Shown here piece after piece: positions 62,412 through 64,000 of a stretch of DNA of 64,000 nucleotides (positions within the stretch are counted from its first letter, which is position 1; the number at the start of each line of letters is the position of its first letter). The stretch is from Hemiscyllium ocellatum (taxonomy: Eukaryota), in the NCBI RefSeq assembly GCF_020745735.1, contig NC_083408.1:124001-188000 (forward strand), given 5' to 3'. The notes beneath the pieces were generated by a model that was not told the origin of the DNA, ran no database searches, and saw only the letters and a program-made list of their open reading frames with translations. The position numbers and the translations under genes were made by a program.

Positions 62412-62889
62412 CAGTGTACTTTACTCCAAAACTGCCTGCATTCATGTAGAACTCTGAGCTCAAAAACTACATCTCTCTTTCTGGATTAGAATCAATCTAA
62501 ACATCATGGCATAGACAGAGAACATAGGGGGCCAACACCTTCAAAGTCTTGTCTAGCTGTCACCATTGTTAACAGCTAAACCGAGAATGCAACTTTTAAA
62601 AAATAGGTTTTGTGATTTACACATGAAAGAAGGTAAACCATTACGGTATTCAAACAGATGAAAGGCTTAACAGACAGTCAATTTTTCAATGTATAATTTC
62701 AGTAATATCACACTGTAAATTTTTGCTATGTGTAAATTTTGTGTGTTAGGATTGAGCCCTCCACTACCATCTGACGAAGGAACGACGCTCCGAAAGCTAG
62801 TCTGATTCCAATTGTACCTGTTGGACTATAACCTAGTGTTATGTGATTTTTAACGTTGTACACACCAGTCCAACACTGGCATCTCCGAA

Positions 62890-64000
62890 TCATTCAGGAT
62901 CAATCACCCACAATGTGGGTGCTGAAGGCTGATTTTCTTGTTTACTCTGATAAACTGATTACTCCGGATCAATCAGCCACATAACGGTGGTCTTGAATGT
63001 CCGGTTTCTTGTTTACGCTGGTACACTGTTCACTTCGGAATAATCGCCCACAATGTGGGTGCTGAAGACCGGATTTTCTATTTACATTGACACAATGATC
63101 ACTCCGATTCAATCACCCACAATGTGGGGTACTGAATTTCGGTTTTCCTGTTTATCCTGGTACACTGATCACTACGGATAAATCATCCACCATGTGGGTT
63201 GCTGAAAGCCTGTTTTCCTGTTTACGCTGGTAAACTGATCACTTCAAATCAATCACCAGCAATGTGGGTGGAGTAGGCCAGTTTTTCCATTTACCCTGGT
63301 ACACTGATCACTGCAGATGAATCACTCACAAAGTGGGGTGGTAAAGGCCGTTTTTCCTGTTTACCATTTGACACTAATCATTCCGGAGTAACCACACACA
63401 ATGTTGGTTGCTGAAGGCCGGTTTTCCTCTGTACCCAGGTGCACTGTTAACTCCGCATCTGTCACCCACAATCTGGGGTGCTGAAGGCGGATTTTCCTGT
63501 TGACCCTGACACACTGATAACTCTGGATCAATCACCAACAATGAGGGTGCTGAAGGCTGGTTTTCCTTTTGACTCTGTGACACTGATCATTCGGATCGAT
63601 CAACCACAACGTGGATGCTGAAGGCCGGTTTCCCTGTTTACCCGTGTACACTGACTTATCTGGACCAATCACACACAATACCGGGCGCTGAAGGCCAGTT
63701 TTCATATTTCCCGTGGTACATTGATCCCATCGGATCAATCACCCGTAACGTAGAGTGGGGCAGACCAGTTTTCCTGTTTACCCTGATTAACTGATCACTC
63801 CGGATCAATCACCCAAAATGTGGATGCTCGAGGCTGGTTTTCCTGTTTACTCTGTGATACTGATCATTCCAGATCAATCCCGCACAAATTGACGAGCTAT
63901 AAACCGGTTTTCCTGTTACCCCTGGGAGACTAATCACTTCAGACTGATCACTTACAAATGAGGGTGTAAAAGTGCGGGATTTCTGTTTACACGGGTAAAT
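62890..64000. repeat. 70-bp tandem satellite, block 2 (about 16 units, runs off the window)
   Basis: Same consensus and period as block 1. Confidence 0.95.

Larger units (their letters stand above)
61013..62887. mobile_element. Fold-back family-2 Penelope-like element with ~600-bp inverted arms and 9-bp TSD
   Basis: Left arm ~61020-61605 is the reverse complement of right arm ~61870-62850 (excluding the SINE). The centre encodes a GIY-YIG-like C-terminus (EQRVVAKFGTHMEGLNWHLGFM). TSD aatcattca at 61004-61012 and 62888-62896. Confidence 0.82.

Noticed and set aside
57440-64000. Regular 70-bp repeats as a CRISPR array
   Set aside because: There are no unique spacers; whole units are homologous, and the context is vertebrate.
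57440-64000. RSS-like motif in the satellite unit (GGTTTTCCT, 13 nt, CACTGAT; also CACAATG)
   Set aside because: The heptamer lacks the obligatory CAC at the cleavage side, the spacer is 13, and CACAATG has no nonamer at 12 or 23 nt.

Overview
Eukaryotic, repeat-rich genomic DNA from a cartilaginous fish. It is probably an orectolobiform shark, inferred from the Ig sequence and the HE1-like SINE, CR1 and Penelope repeats. The only host gene I can identify is a single immunoglobulin mu heavy-chain cluster on the minus strand, about 24 kb long (55478 to 31421). Its order is leader, VH fused in the germline to D sequence, 12-RSS, 23-RSS/JH, a 12.9-kb intron, CH2, CH3, CH4 plus secretory tail, TM1 and TM2. 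The ORF track largely misses it. It is a pseudogene: 3 stops in V, 1 in CH2, 2 in CH4/tail, and 2 broken splice sites. Two structural oddities stand out: a partially germline-joined V(D)D-J configuration and no recognisable CH1 exon. About 2 kb upstream of the leader begins a 70-bp satellite carrying two dyads per unit, interrupted by a CR1 LINE and a 1.9-kb fold-back Penelope-like element. The rest consists of CR1 LINEs (one near full length), Penelope-like elements (several with clear 9-17 bp target-site duplications, some forming hairpins), HE1/V-SINEs and a Gypsy remnant. Exon, RSS and TSD coordinates were counted by hand; repeat boundaries are approximate. Comparisons with nurse or horn shark sequences are from memory, not from a search.
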